This document shows, piece after piece, positions 19,641 to 29,483 of a stretch of 64,000 nt of DNA; the first letter of the stretch is position 1; each line of letters begins with the position of its first letter. The DNA is taken from the NCBI GenBank assembly GCA_963664305.2, contig CAXXLV010000001.1, positions 768,001-832,000 on the forward strand, read 5' to 3'. Position numbers and translations under genes: made by a program. Below the pieces are notes generated by a model that saw only the letters and a program-made list of their open reading frames with translations, had not been told where the DNA came from and made no database searches. This DNA comes from an uncultured Aliarcobacter sp. (GTDB lineage: Bacteria; Campylobacterota; Campylobacteria; Campylobacterales; Arcobacteraceae).

Positions 19641-20966
19641 TTATGCAATAAGAAGTTTTTTCAAATCATCTTTTGCATTTGTTGTAAGTGTAAGATTGAA
19701 GTTTTCAGCTAAAAAGTTGAAAATATCTTCATTTACAAATTGTGGAGGTTTTGGTCCAAGATAGATATTTTTCACTCCAAGTGAGAATAAAGCTAAAAGA
19801 ATAATTACTGCTTTTTGCTCCATCCATGATAAAACGATTGATACTGGTAAATCATTGATTGGGGTTTTAAGTGCATCACTTAAAGCTTTAGCAATTTCTA
19901 CTGCCCCATAAGAGTCATTACATTGTCCTAAGTCTAAATATCTAGGAATTCCAGTTCCTTCAATCTCTCCAAAATCAATATCGTTAAATCTAAATTTCCC
20001 ACAAGATGAAGTTAAAATAATAGTGTCTTTTGGTAAGTTTTGTGTTAATTCTCTATAATATTCTCCTGGTTTTCCTGGCGCATCACAACCTGCAATTACA
20101 AAGAATTGTTTGATTTTTCCTTCTTCTATAGCTTTTAAAATTTGAGGAGTTAGTGTTAGAACTGTTTTATAGTTGTGACCAGTTACAAGTGTTGTATCTT
20201 CATTTAAATCAATTCCATTCGCATCAGGACAAGCTAAAGTTCTTTCGATTAATGCAGTAAAATCATAATTTTCAATAGGAGTTGAACCTTCAATTCCAAC
20301 AATTTTATGTGTAAATACTCTATCAATATAAGAACAATTCTTTTTAGGAGGAACAATACAATTTGTATTTACTACAAATGTTCCTGTAAATTTCTCCATT
20401 AGTTTTGCTTGGTCAAACCATGCTTTTCCTACATTTCCTTTTAGGTGTTTGAATTTTCTTAGTTCTGGATATCCGTGAGCTGGTAACATTTCAGAGTGTG
20501 TATATACATTTATACCTTTGTCTTCTGTTGCAATTAATAGTTTTTCAAAAAACTCTAAATCATGTCCAGAAACTAAAATAGCTTTTCCTTCAACTTTGTT
20601 TTGAGGAACTCTAACTGGTGTTGGAATACCAAATTTATTTGTATGTGCTTCACCTAATAAATTCATCACTTTAACTCCAGCACTTCCAACTTTCATTAGT
20701 TGATTGATATGGTCATTAAAATTAAAGTTTACATTTGTAAGCGTAAAGTATAAAGTCTCACTCATAACATCATCTATCTCTTTTGTAAGTTCTGGTTTAA
20801 AAGTGTTTAGGTGTTCTCTATATGCACTAAGACCTTTTAAACCAAAAATCATAATATCTTGTAATCTTGATAGATTTTCATCTTTTCCACACGTTCCAAC
20901 TGTTGCTCCAGTACTTCCACAACCACCTTTTTGACTCATTTCACATTGATAACAAAACATACTCAT
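19641..20966 (-). CDS. hcp: hybrid cluster protein (hydroxylamine/NO reductase), short 441-aa form
   Basis: MFCYQCE...C...TCGK, SGHDL, YTHSEMLPAH, TNC, GCDA, SCGKFR, GQCNDSY, SWMEQKA. Confidence 0.95.
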   Translation of the reverse strand: MSMFCYQCEMSQKGGCGSTGATVGTCGKDENLSRLQDIMIFGLKGLSAYREHLNTFKPELTKEIDDVMSETLYFTLTNVNFNFNDHINQLMKVGSAGVKVMNLLGEAHTNKFGIPTPVRVPQNKVEGKAILVSGHDLEFFEKLLIATEDKGINVYTHSEMLPAHGYPELRKFKHLKGNVGKAWFDQAKLMEKFTGTFVVNTNCIVPPKKNCSYIDRVFTHKIVGIEGSTPIENYDFTALIERTLACPDANGIDLNEDTTLVTGHNYKTVLTLTPQILKAIEEGKIKQFFVIAGCDAPGKPGEYYRELTQNLPKDTIILTSSCGKFRFNDIDFGEIEGTGIPRYLDLGQCNDSYGAVEIAKALSDALKTPINDLPVSIVLSWMEQKAVIILLALFSLGVKNIYLGPKPPQFVNEDIFNFLAENFNLTLTTNAKDDLKKLLIA

Positions 20967-21022
20967 ATTTATAATCCTTAAAAAATTTTCAGGAATTATA
21001 GGTATTTAGATATGCTCAATCA

Positions 21023-21036
21023 TTGATTGTAATCAA
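21023..21036. promoter_or_regulatory. Crp/Fnr-family box upstream of hcp
   Basis: Perfect TTGAT-TGTA-ATCAA, 57-70 bp upstream of the hcp start. Confidence 0.8.
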
Positions 21037-21105
21037 TCAGTTGTATTATTTAAATACAAGTTTTAAAACAATACAATACGCGCTTTCATTACAAAAAGGA
21101 TAATT

Positions 21106-21363
21106 ATGTCAAAAGATAGAATCATAGATTTTTTAGATAAACAATTAGAAAATTTAGATAATTTTAATTACAAAATTGATGAAGATGAAAATCATGTTTA
21201 TGCAATTTTTTCAGAAATTTTAGGAAAATATACAAATAAAGAATTAACTTTTAAATTATTAGATGATGTTTTATATTTACATTCTATAACTTATGGTTGG
21301 AAACCAGTAGAAAAAGGTGTAGCAAATAAATATTTTTGGTTAGAAATCCTAAATAAAGCCTAA
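21106..21363 (+). CDS. hypothetical protein (85 aa)
   Basis: AAGGA SD, host-like codons, C-terminal YGWKPVEKG..NKYFW. Confidence 0.75.
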   Translation: MSKDRIIDFLDKQLENLDNFNYKIDEDENHVYAIFSEILGKYTNKELTFKLLDDVLYLHSITYGWKPVEKGVANKYFWLEILNKA

Positions 21364-22580
21364 TAAGGCTTCATTTTAGGTGGAAGAGTATTTATATACT
21401 CTTCTATTGAAACTGCTACTCTTTTTGAAAAAGCAACTGCTTCTACAACTGTTCGTGCACCTGTTACCACATCACCTGAAGCGAAAACTCCACGTCTTGT
21501 TGTAACTCCATTTTCATCACTTTGTAATAAACCATTTTCTCCAAGACTTAATCCTGTATTGTTTTTTACAATTAAATCTCTTGCTGTTTGACTAATTGCA
21601 ATTAAAATTGAATCAGCTTTTTCAAATCCAAACCCGTACATTTCATCTGGATTTGTATGTTCAAATTTTATACCCTCTTCTGTAAATTCTAAAGGATTTT
21701 TATATAAATTAAATTTTACACCATCAATTTTTGCATGTTCGATTTCTATTTTTTCAGCTGGTATAGAATCTTCACCTTTTCTATACATCACTGAAACTTC
21801 TCTTGCCCCATTTCTTATAGCAGTTCTTGCAACATCCATTGCCACATTTCCAGCTCCAACAACTACAACTTTTTTACCTAAATCATACGCTTTTGGAGTT
21901 TTTAAATAATCAATTGCAAAATGTACATTGCCTAAACTTTCACCTTTAATTCCAAGTTTTTTAGGAGCCCAAACACCAGTTCCTATAAATATTGCATCAA
22001 AGCCATCTCTTTGTAAATCATCAAGGGTAATATTTTTACCAATCATTATATTTTTTCTGATTTTTACACCAAGTTTTTTTAGATTTTCTTCGATTTTATC
22101 AAGAATAGTTTTATCAAGTCTAAAATCAGGAATACCAAATCTTAATACTCCACCTATTTGATTATTCCCTTCATACATTGTTACATTGTAACCTTTTAGT
22201 GCCATCATCATAGCTAAGCTTATTCCTGCTGGTCCTGAACCAATAATTGCAAGATTTCTTCCATTTTGAATAGGCTTTTCAAATTCTCTATAATTCATAT
22301 AATAAGTTGATATATAGTTTTCAATCCCACCCACATTTACAGGTGTTGATTTTTTATTTAAAACACAATGTCCTTCACAATGCTTTTCATGGGGACAAAC
22401 AAGTGAACATATGATTGATAATGGATTATTATTAAAAACCATTTCACCAGCTTCTTTTATGTTTCCACTTAAAAAAAGTCTTATCATATCGGCAATTGGG
22501 GTTTTAACAGGACAACCAGTTTGGCATTTTGGTTTTTTGCAGTCAAGGCAAGTTTGTGCAGAATTTATAATGTGTTGCAT
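21360..22580 (-). CDS. GltD/SudA/NfnB-like NAD(P)H-dependent Fe-S flavoprotein (stand-alone)
   Basis: CLDCKKPKCQTGCP and CSLVCPHEKHCEGHC Fe-S motifs; GSGPAG, GAGNVAMDVAR, GVFASGD. Confidence 0.88.
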   Translation of the reverse strand: MQHIINSAQTCLDCKKPKCQTGCPVKTPIADMIRLFLSGNIKEAGEMVFNNNPLSIICSLVCPHEKHCEGHCVLNKKSTPVNVGGIENYISTYYMNYREFEKPIQNGRNLAIIGSGPAGISLAMMMALKGYNVTMYEGNNQIGGVLRFGIPDFRLDKTILDKIEENLKKLGVKIRKNIMIGKNITLDDLQRDGFDAIFIGTGVWAPKKLGIKGESLGNVHFAIDYLKTPKAYDLGKKVVVVGAGNVAMDVARTAIRNGAREVSVMYRKGEDSIPAEKIEIEHAKIDGVKFNLYKNPLEFTEEGIKFEHTNPDEMYGFGFEKADSILIAISQTARDLIVKNNTGLSLGENGLLQSDENGVTTRRGVFASGDVVTGARTVVEAVAFSKRVAVSIEEYINTLPPKMKPY

Positions 22581-22735
22581 AATTATCTTCTTTAAAAAAT
22601 TTATATGTAATTATAACAAATAAATTAAATTTTAAAATTAATTTAAAATACTAAGTTTTAATTAGATATCAATTCAACTTATAGTTAGTTATATAAAGAT
22701 ATAATCTAGTAGATTATATTAAAAAAAGGGTTTTA

Positions 22736-23782
22736 ATGTCTCTTGTACGAAAAATAATTTTTTTGCTCGTATGTTTTCTTCTTTTAAATGTTTTTTCAAT
22801 TTATGGGTTTGATTACAAAGAATATTTTGAAAATAAAAATAACACTTCCTTACGTGATGATAGTTTTACAGATAAAATTTTCAATATCTTTAGAGATGAA
22901 GATGAAGATAAACCTTTCACTTTTACTTTAGTTAAAAAAGACGGTGTTATTGAAATGTCAGGTATCTTTAAAAATGAATCTGAAGCACAAAAAATAGCAG
23001 ATTTTTTAACTGTAAATCGAGAAGGTGATTATAAATTTGAAGAAAATAGAGTTTTAGATGAGGCTTTAGTAGAAAATTTAATTACACTAATTACTCCATT
23101 TAAGGATTTTTTTGCTGATGATTCAAAAATCATAGTAAGTGACAATGAAGTTACAATTTCAGGTGTTTTAAAAGATGCAAACTATAAAGATTTACTTGAT
23201 ACCCTTTTAACAAGAGTAAATTTAGATTTAAAAACAGAAATAAAACTTCCAAGTGAAGTAGCACAAGAAAATTTTGCTGATTCAAATGAACAAAAAGATG
23301 AAGTTGTAGAAAATAAAAATGCAGTAGAACCTACAGTTGAAAATAAAGTAGTGCAAGAGTTACCAAAAGAGAAAAAAGTAGAAGAGATTATCTCTAAAGT
23401 CACTGCACCAAATATCAAAGATGTTCAAACAGAAATTAACAATATTCTTAAAGTTAAAAAGATTACTTTTGAAAGAAGAAGTTCAGCTATGACAGAAGAG
23501 TCAAAAGCTGTTGTTTTAGATATTTCAAAAATCTTAAAATCTTATCCAACTCTAAAAGTTGAAGTTGCTGGTCATACTGATTCAAGAGGAAAAGATGATT
23601 TAAATAAACAAATTTCACAAGATAGAGCAAATAGTGTGAAAGAGTTTTTAGTTGGATTAGGTATAAATGAAAATAGAATTACTGCCGTTGGTTATGGAGA
23701 AGAATTCCCAATAGCAAAAGATGATGAAAATGGTTTATCTGAAATAAATAGAAGAGTTGAATTTAACATTTTAGGAGAATAA
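22736..23782 (+). CDS. membrane-anchored protein with two BON-like repeats and C-terminal OmpA peptidoglycan-binding domain
   Basis: N-terminal TM; VIEMSGIF and EVTISGVL BON-like halves; VAGHTDSRG..N..ISQDRA..V, GYGE, NRRVE. Confidence 0.85.
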   Translation: MSLVRKIIFLLVCFLLLNVFSIYGFDYKEYFENKNNTSLRDDSFTDKIFNIFRDEDEDKPFTFTLVKKDGVIEMSGIFKNESEAQKIADFLTVNREGDYKFEENRVLDEALVENLITLITPFKDFFADDSKIIVSDNEVTISGVLKDANYKDLLDTLLTRVNLDLKTEIKLPSEVAQENFADSNEQKDEVVENKNAVEPTVENKVVQELPKEKKVEEIISKVTAPNIKDVQTEINNILKVKKITFERRSSAMTEESKAVVLDISKILKSYPTLKVEVAGHTDSRGKDDLNKQISQDRANSVKEFLVGLGINENRITAVGYGEEFPIAKDDENGLSEINRRVEFNILGE

Positions 23783-23785
23783 TCT

Positions 23786-24271
23786 ATGTTTGAAGTTGCT
23801 TCGTTAATAGTAACAAATTTGCTAATCGCGCTTATTATTGGGATAGTCTTAGGTTATATAATTGCTAAAGCAAATAATCCAGCTATAAAAACTGCGAAAA
23901 CTGATGCTTCATTTGAAATTAAAATGGATTCAAAAAATATAGCAGCAATTAATCCAATGTTTAAAAGAAGTTCTCCATTACACTTTAAACCTCTAGTTTT
24001 AAGTTTTCCAAGACCTACAGGAAAAGATAATCTTAAAAAGATAAAAGGTATTAATACTAAAATAGAAACAGATTTAAACAATCTGGGAATTTATCATTTT
24101 GACCAAATTGCTAAATGGTCAAATAAAAATGCAGAGTGGGTAGAAGCTTATTTAACAATACCTGGTTGTGCTAAAAACAATCAATGGATTGATCAAGCTA
24201 AAATTCTTCAAACAGGAAATGAGACTATTTATAGTCAAAAAGTTATGGATGGAGAAATAGAAGTAGATTAA
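23786..24271 (+). CDS. single-TM protein with NuoE-C-terminal-like HhH domain
   Basis: N-terminal TM; DNLKKIKGI...LNNLGIYHFDQIAKW...WIDQAKIL. Confidence 0.75.
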   Translation: MFEVASLIVTNLLIALIIGIVLGYIIAKANNPAIKTAKTDASFEIKMDSKNIAAINPMFKRSSPLHFKPLVLSFPRPTGKDNLKKIKGINTKIETDLNNLGIYHFDQIAKWSNKNAEWVEAYLTIPGCAKNNQWIDQAKILQTGNETIYSQKVMDGEIEVD

Positions 24272-24280
24272 AAAATTAAT

Positions 24281-25267
24281 CTACTCTTTTATTTTTACTA
24301 CATATCTTCCTACAGCTTTTCCTGATAATAAATGCTCATAAGCCTCTTTTATTTCATTTAATGTAATTTCATTTGTTATATTACTTAATGTATTTATTTT
24401 CCATCTGCTAGCAAGTTTTTCCCACGCAGCTTGTTTTTTCTCTAATTTACACTCAACTGAATCAATACCAATTAATCTAACACCTCTTAAAATAAATGGA
24501 AATACATTTGTATTTAATTCATGAGAAGATGTTAATCCACAACAAGTAGCAACACCATCATATTTTATTTGCTTTAACGCTTGTGCTAAGATTTCACCAC
24601 CAACTGTATCAACAACACCTGCATATTTTTCACTTAATAATGGTCTATTAGATGAATCAAGGAACTCATCTCTTGATATAACTTCATTTGCTCCAATTCT
24701 TTTTAAGTACTCTGCTTTTTCTTTTTTCCCAGAAAGTGCTGTAACGTTGTACCCTAATTTACTTAATATCGAAACAGTAATTGAGCCAACACCACCTGTT
24801 GCACCAGTTACTAAAATATCTCCAGATTCAGCTTTTACACCATTTGAAATAAGTTCACTAATACTTAATGCTGCCGTTAATCCTGCTGTTCCAAAAGTCA
24901 TTATCTCTTTATCTGTGATTGAATCAGGAATTCTAGCAACCCAAGAAGCTGGAACTTTTACATATTCAGCATGTCCACCATCTGTATTCATTCCCATATC
25001 ATAACCAGTTACTAAAACTCTTTCACCTACTTTAAATATAGTTGATGTTGATTCATATACAGTTCCTGCCACATCAATTCCTGTTATGTGAGGAAATTTT
25101 CTTGTAACTCCAGGATTTCCAACTGAACTTAATGCATCTTTATAATTTAATGAAGAGTAACTAACTTTTATAACAATTTCATTTTCTTTACATTTAGGTA
25201 TAGGTAACTCTTTTATTTCTGTTGTAAATTCTTTATCTGTGATTTTTTCAACTACAAAAGCTTTCAT
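24281..25267 (-). CDS. YhdH/AcuI family NADPH quinone / acrylyl-CoA reductase (MDR)
   Basis: SSLNYKDAL, GTAGLTA, TGATGGVGS, PFILRGVRLIGIDS; SD AAGGAG before ATG 25267. Confidence 0.92.
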   Translation of the reverse strand: MKAFVVEKITDKEFTTEIKELPIPKCKENEIVIKVSYSSLNYKDALSSVGNPGVTRKFPHITGIDVAGTVYESTSTIFKVGERVLVTGYDMGMNTDGGHAEYVKVPASWVARIPDSITDKEIMTFGTAGLTAALSISELISNGVKAESGDILVTGATGGVGSITVSILSKLGYNVTALSGKKEKAEYLKRIGANEVISRDEFLDSSNRPLLSEKYAGVVDTVGGEILAQALKQIKYDGVATCCGLTSSHELNTNVFPFILRGVRLIGIDSVECKLEKKQAAWEKLASRWKINTLSNITNEITLNEIKEAYEHLLSGKAVGRYVVKIKE

Positions 25268-25381
25268 TAATTTTCTCCTTAACTTATTTACTTTAATTAT
25301 AACTTTATCTAAAATATAACAAAAGAACAAGAACTAATTTTAAAGTAATGTACTATCCAAAAAGATACATTTAGAGAAAAA

Positions 25382-25726
25382 ATGAATAAAAAAATTGAAA
25401 ATGAAAATTTTGATAAAGATTTTAAATGTCCCGTAGAAACAGCTATTGACGTGTTAGCAGGAAAGTGGAAAATATTAATTATTTGGTATTTAAGAGATGA
25501 AAAAAAACGATTTAGTGAACTTCAAAAATTATTACCAAATGCAACTCAAAAGATGTTAATACAAAAATTAAGAGAGTTAGAACTTGATGGTTTAGTTCAT
25601 AGAGAAGTTTATCCAGTAGTTCCTCCAAAAGTTGAATACTCTTTGACTGAATATGGAAAAACATTAAAACCTATTTTAAAACAGCTTTACCTTTGGGGAG
25701 ATACTCATAAGAAATTAAATAGTTAA
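25382..25726 (+). CDS. HxlR family transcriptional regulator
   Basis: CPVE...GKWK, RFSEL, QKML...LRELE.DGLV.R.VYP.VPPKVEYSLT; divergent from the reductase. Confidence 0.92.
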   Translation: MNKKIENENFDKDFKCPVETAIDVLAGKWKILIIWYLRDEKKRFSELQKLLPNATQKMLIQKLRELELDGLVHREVYPVVPPKVEYSLTEYGKTLKPILKQLYLWGDTHKKLNS

Positions 25727-26409
25727 TTTCTTTTAAGTGCAAAATATATCATCATTGATAAACCTGCACTTGAAAGTATTGTACTCATTATCATTATTTG
25801 ATATCTAACGGCAATTAATGGGTCAATTCCTGATAGTATTTGTCCTGTCATCATTCCCGGAAGTGTAACTAATCCAACTGCTAAAAAAGAGTTTATTTGA
25901 GGAATCATCGCTGATTTAAAAGCTATAGCTTTTGATTTCTCTACTGAATCATTTCTATCTACTTCTTTTTCAAATCTTTCTATACACAATGACAAAACAT
26001 TCATAGAGTTTGCAAATATCATCCCTGCAATTGGAATAACATATCTTGGCTCATAAAATGTATCAAAGTCTAGTATAAAATAAATTATTAGAATTAGATG
26101 AAAAATTCCTGATAGTAATATAGAAAGAAAGATATTTATAAAATGAGTTGATGTTTTATTTGATGTATTTCTAATACTAATAAATGTTGAAATCAATATC
26201 ATAAATAGAAGTATTAAACTTCCTATAAAAATATTTTTTTCTTCAAAAATATAAATAAGCAGATAACCAACACCTAAAAGTTGAACAACCATTCTGAATG
26301 TTGCATAAATTATTTCTGTTTTGTTGTTTGTTAATTTCACATAATAAATATATACTAAACTTAAAGGTATTAGTGCATATAAAAGATTTAAAAGTGATAT
26401 TGTTTTCAT
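25723..26409 (-). CDS. FetB/YbbM (UPF0014) ABC-type permease
   Basis: RMVVQL, PRYVIPIAGMI, GLVTLPGMMTGQILSG.DP..AVRYQI. Confidence 0.88.
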   Translation of the reverse strand: MKTISLLNLLYALIPLSLVYIYYVKLTNNKTEIIYATFRMVVQLLGVGYLLIYIFEEKNIFIGSLILLFMILISTFISIRNTSNKTSTHFINIFLSILLSGIFHLILIIYFILDFDTFYEPRYVIPIAGMIFANSMNVLSLCIERFEKEVDRNDSVEKSKAIAFKSAMIPQINSFLAVGLVTLPGMMTGQILSGIDPLIAVRYQIMIMSTILSSAGLSMMIYFALKRN

Positions 26410-26435
26410 AGATTAAATCTTATCATTTTTTAGAG

Positions 26436-27140
26436 TTAATTTAATACAAATTCTAAAGGTAAATCATATTCAATAAACTCTTTTTTTATTCTATTATCAT
26501 AGGGTAAATATTTTTTTGTATCATATAAAGCATTTAAAGCTGCATTATCAAGTCTTTCTTTATTACTTGATATCAAAATACTAATATCATCAAATAACCC
26601 GTTTTTGAGCACTCTAAAACGCACTATTACTTTACCTTGTTCTTTTAACTTTTTTGAAATAGTTGGATAGTTTTTATTTTTATTTATTTCATCCCTTAGT
26701 TTTTTACCATAATCATCAATTAATGCTTCAATCTCTTTATTTACATTTTCGTTAATTTCATCTATTGTTGAATCTTTTCTAGTGATGTTTTCTTGTGTTA
26801 CATTTTTTTCTTCAGTTTTTGTTGTAATTGTTTCTTCTTTTATTGCTTCTTGTTTTTCAATAACCTTTGATTTTTCAATATTTTTAACATTTTCACTTTT
26901 TTTTAATGATTCTTTTTGAGGAATTTTAGGTATCTCTTTTTTAACTATTGTTTGTTCTTGTTGAGGAGTTTGTTTCTCTTGTTCTTTTTCAACTTTTGAT
27001 ATTTTAGTTAGTTGAATTTGTACACTAGAATATTCTTTTGTATATGGTTTTAGAATTTGAGAATTTTTGTAAAAATATAGGAGTAAAAGGTGGATAACTA
27101 ATACAAAAGAGAAAGATATTAGAATTATTATTCTATTCAT
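26436..27140 (-). CDS. energy transducer TonB family protein
   Basis: N-terminal TM with His, charged linker, YP...QGKVIVRF...SS..LDNAA C-terminal domain. Confidence 0.8.
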   Translation of the reverse strand: MNRIIILISFSFVLVIHLLLLYFYKNSQILKPYTKEYSSVQIQLTKISKVEKEQEKQTPQQEQTIVKKEIPKIPQKESLKKSENVKNIEKSKVIEKQEAIKEETITTKTEEKNVTQENITRKDSTIDEINENVNKEIEALIDDYGKKLRDEINKNKNYPTISKKLKEQGKVIVRFRVLKNGLFDDISILISSNKERLDNAALNALYDTKKYLPYDNRIKKEFIEYDLPLEFVLN

Positions 27141-27144
27141 AACT

Positions 27145-28041
27145 CTAATTCTTCAATAAATCTTTTAGACTATCTTTTGGGTTTTTCCCATCTAATATTA
27201 GTTTTACTTCGTTTGCAATTGGAGTGTAAATAGAGTATTTTTTTGATAAATTGTGAATTGCATCTGCTGTTTTAACACCTTCAGCAACTTCTCCTAACTC
27301 TTTTAAAATATCTTCTAATTTTTTATTTTGAGATAATCCAAGTCCAACTCTAAAGTTTCTACTCATAGTAGAATTTGCAGTAAGAAATAAATCTCCAGCT
27401 CCACTTAATCCTAAAAATGAAGATTTTTTTGCACCAAAATGTTTTCCAAATCTTTGCATTTCTACAAGTCCTCTGGCAATTAGTGAAGCTTGAGCGTTTT
27501 TCCCAAGTTGTAAACCTTCACAAATTCCACTAGCAATTGCTAAAACATTTTTATAAGCTCCAGCTATTTCAGCACCAATTACATCTTCACTATAGTAAGT
27601 TTTTATGAAGTTTGGAAAAAATGGGTGAAAAGATTTAAATATCTTTTTAGAAGTTGAATTTATAACTAAAGCACAAGGAAGTCCTTTTATAACTTCAGCT
27701 GCAAATGAAGGACCAGAAATAAATCCTATATTTTCATCAGGAACAAAATTTGAATAAATTTCATTTAGAAATTCACCTGTTGTTGCTTCAATTCCTTTTG
27801 AGGCAACAAGTATCTTTTGTCCTTTAAAAACAAAGTTTTCTTTTAGCCAAACTCTTATCTCTTGTGCAGGAATAGCTATAACTAAATATTCGCAATCCAT
27901 TGCAGTTTCTAAATCAACAAAATTTTCTATCTCTCTTTTTGTTCTTGAAGTGATATAACATTTTTGTTTTTGACTTAGTGCAAAATGAAGAGCTTGTCCC
28001 CATTTACCTGCACCAATTACTGCAATAGACCCTTGATTCAT
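27145..28041 (-). CDS. gpsA: NAD(P)H-dependent glycerol-3-phosphate dehydrogenase
   Basis: GAGKWG, SKGIE, SGPSFA, KNVLAIA, GAGDLFLT..S..SRN, AEG. Confidence 0.95.
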   Translation of the reverse strand: MNQGSIAVIGAGKWGQALHFALSQKQKCYITSRTKREIENFVDLETAMDCEYLVIAIPAQEIRVWLKENFVFKGQKILVASKGIEATTGEFLNEIYSNFVPDENIGFISGPSFAAEVIKGLPCALVINSTSKKIFKSFHPFFPNFIKTYYSEDVIGAEIAGAYKNVLAIASGICEGLQLGKNAQASLIARGLVEMQRFGKHFGAKKSSFLGLSGAGDLFLTANSTMSRNFRVGLGLSQNKKLEDILKELGEVAEGVKTADAIHNLSKKYSIYTPIANEVKLILDGKNPKDSLKDLLKN

Positions 28042-29474
28042 TAAGCTAATCTTTCTTTTAATAAATCATTGATTTTATTTGGATTTGCACTTCCTTTACT
28101 AGCTTTCATAGCTTGTCCAACGAAGAATCCAAACATTTTTTCTTTACCAGCTTTATATTCAGCTACTTTATCTTGATTTGCATTTAAAATTTCATCAATA
28201 ATAGCTAATAAAGCTCCATCATCACTTACTTGTTTAAGTCCAAGTTTTTCAATAACAGAATCAACATCACTATCATTTTCCATTAAATAATCAAGAACTT
28301 CTTTAGCAGCTTTTCCAGAGATTGTATTATCTTCAATTCTTTTTACTAAAGTTGCTAAAGTTTTTGATGTAATTGGAGATTGTTCAATAGTAACACCCTC
28401 TTTTAATCTTCCTTGTAATTCAACAGTTAGCCAAGTAGTTGCATTTTTAGCACTAATTCCTTCTTTCATCATTTCATCAAAGAAGTTTGCCATTTCAAGT
28501 GAAGATGTGATAACAGAAGCATCGTATTCTTTTAATCCATACTCTTTTACAAATCTCTCTTTTTTCTCATCAGGAAGTTCAGGGATTTTTGAATACTCAG
28601 CTACCATTTCATTTGTAATAATTAAAGGTAAAAGGTCTGGATCTGGAAAATATCTATAATCAGCAGCATCTTCTTTTCCTCTCATACTTCTTGTTTCACC
28701 AGTTGATGGGTCAAAAAGTCTAGTTTCTTGAACGATTTCAGTTGAGTGAATTCCATCTTCCCAAGCTTCAATATGTCTATTTACTTCATAATGAATCGCT
28801 TTTTCAATGAATCTAAAAGAGTTCATATTTTTGATTTCACATCTTGTATAGAATTTTGTGTCGCCTTTTGGTCTAATAGAAACGTTTACGTCACATCTAA
28901 AGCTTCCTTCTTGCATATTAGCATCAGAAATTCCAAGATATCTAACAATTGAATGAAGTTTTTTAAGATATAAAATAGCCTCTTCAGCACTTCTCATATC
29001 AGGTTCACTAACGATTTCTAAAAGTGGAGTTCCTGCTCTATTTAAGTCAACATGAGAAACACTTCCAGCATGAATATTTTTTCCTGCATCATTTTCTAAG
29101 TGTGCTCTTGTTACACCAATAGTTTTTTGTCTTCCATCTGGAAAGTCAATAGTTAATTCACCAAGTCCAACAACTGGAACTTCAAATTGAGAAATTTGAT
29201 AACCACTTGGTAAATCTGGATAAAAGTAGTTTTTTCTATTAAAAACTGATTTTTGGTTTATTTGAGCTTTTAGTGCAGTTCCAAGCATAATAGCTTTGTG
29301 AACAGCTTCTTTATTTAAAACAGGAAGTGCTCCAGGTAATCCTAAACAAGTTGGACATACATTTGTATTTGGTTCTTCTCCAAAACTTGTTGCACAAGAA
29401 CAAAACAATTTACTATTTGTATTTAATTGTGCGTGTACTTCTAATCCTATAATTACTTCAAACATACTTGACAT
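28041..29474 (-). CDS. gatB: Asp/Glu-tRNA amidotransferase subunit B
   Basis: [44 protein letters not shown]. Confidence 0.97.
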   Translation of the reverse strand: MSSMFEVIIGLEVHAQLNTNSKLFCSCATSFGEEPNTNVCPTCLGLPGALPVLNKEAVHKAIMLGTALKAQINQKSVFNRKNYFYPDLPSGYQISQFEVPVVGLGELTIDFPDGRQKTIGVTRAHLENDAGKNIHAGSVSHVDLNRAGTPLLEIVSEPDMRSAEEAILYLKKLHSIVRYLGISDANMQEGSFRCDVNVSIRPKGDTKFYTRCEIKNMNSFRFIEKAIHYEVNRHIEAWEDGIHSTEIVQETRLFDPSTGETRSMRGKEDAADYRYFPDPDLLPLIITNEMVAEYSKIPELPDEKKERFVKEYGLKEYDASVITSSLEMANFFDEMMKEGISAKNATTWLTVELQGRLKEGVTIEQSPITSKTLATLVKRIEDNTISGKAAKEVLDYLMENDSDVDSVIEKLGLKQVSDDGALLAIIDEILNANQDKVAEYKAGKEKMFGFFVGQAMKASKGSANPNKINDLLKERLA

Positions 29475-29483
29475 CTATTTCCT

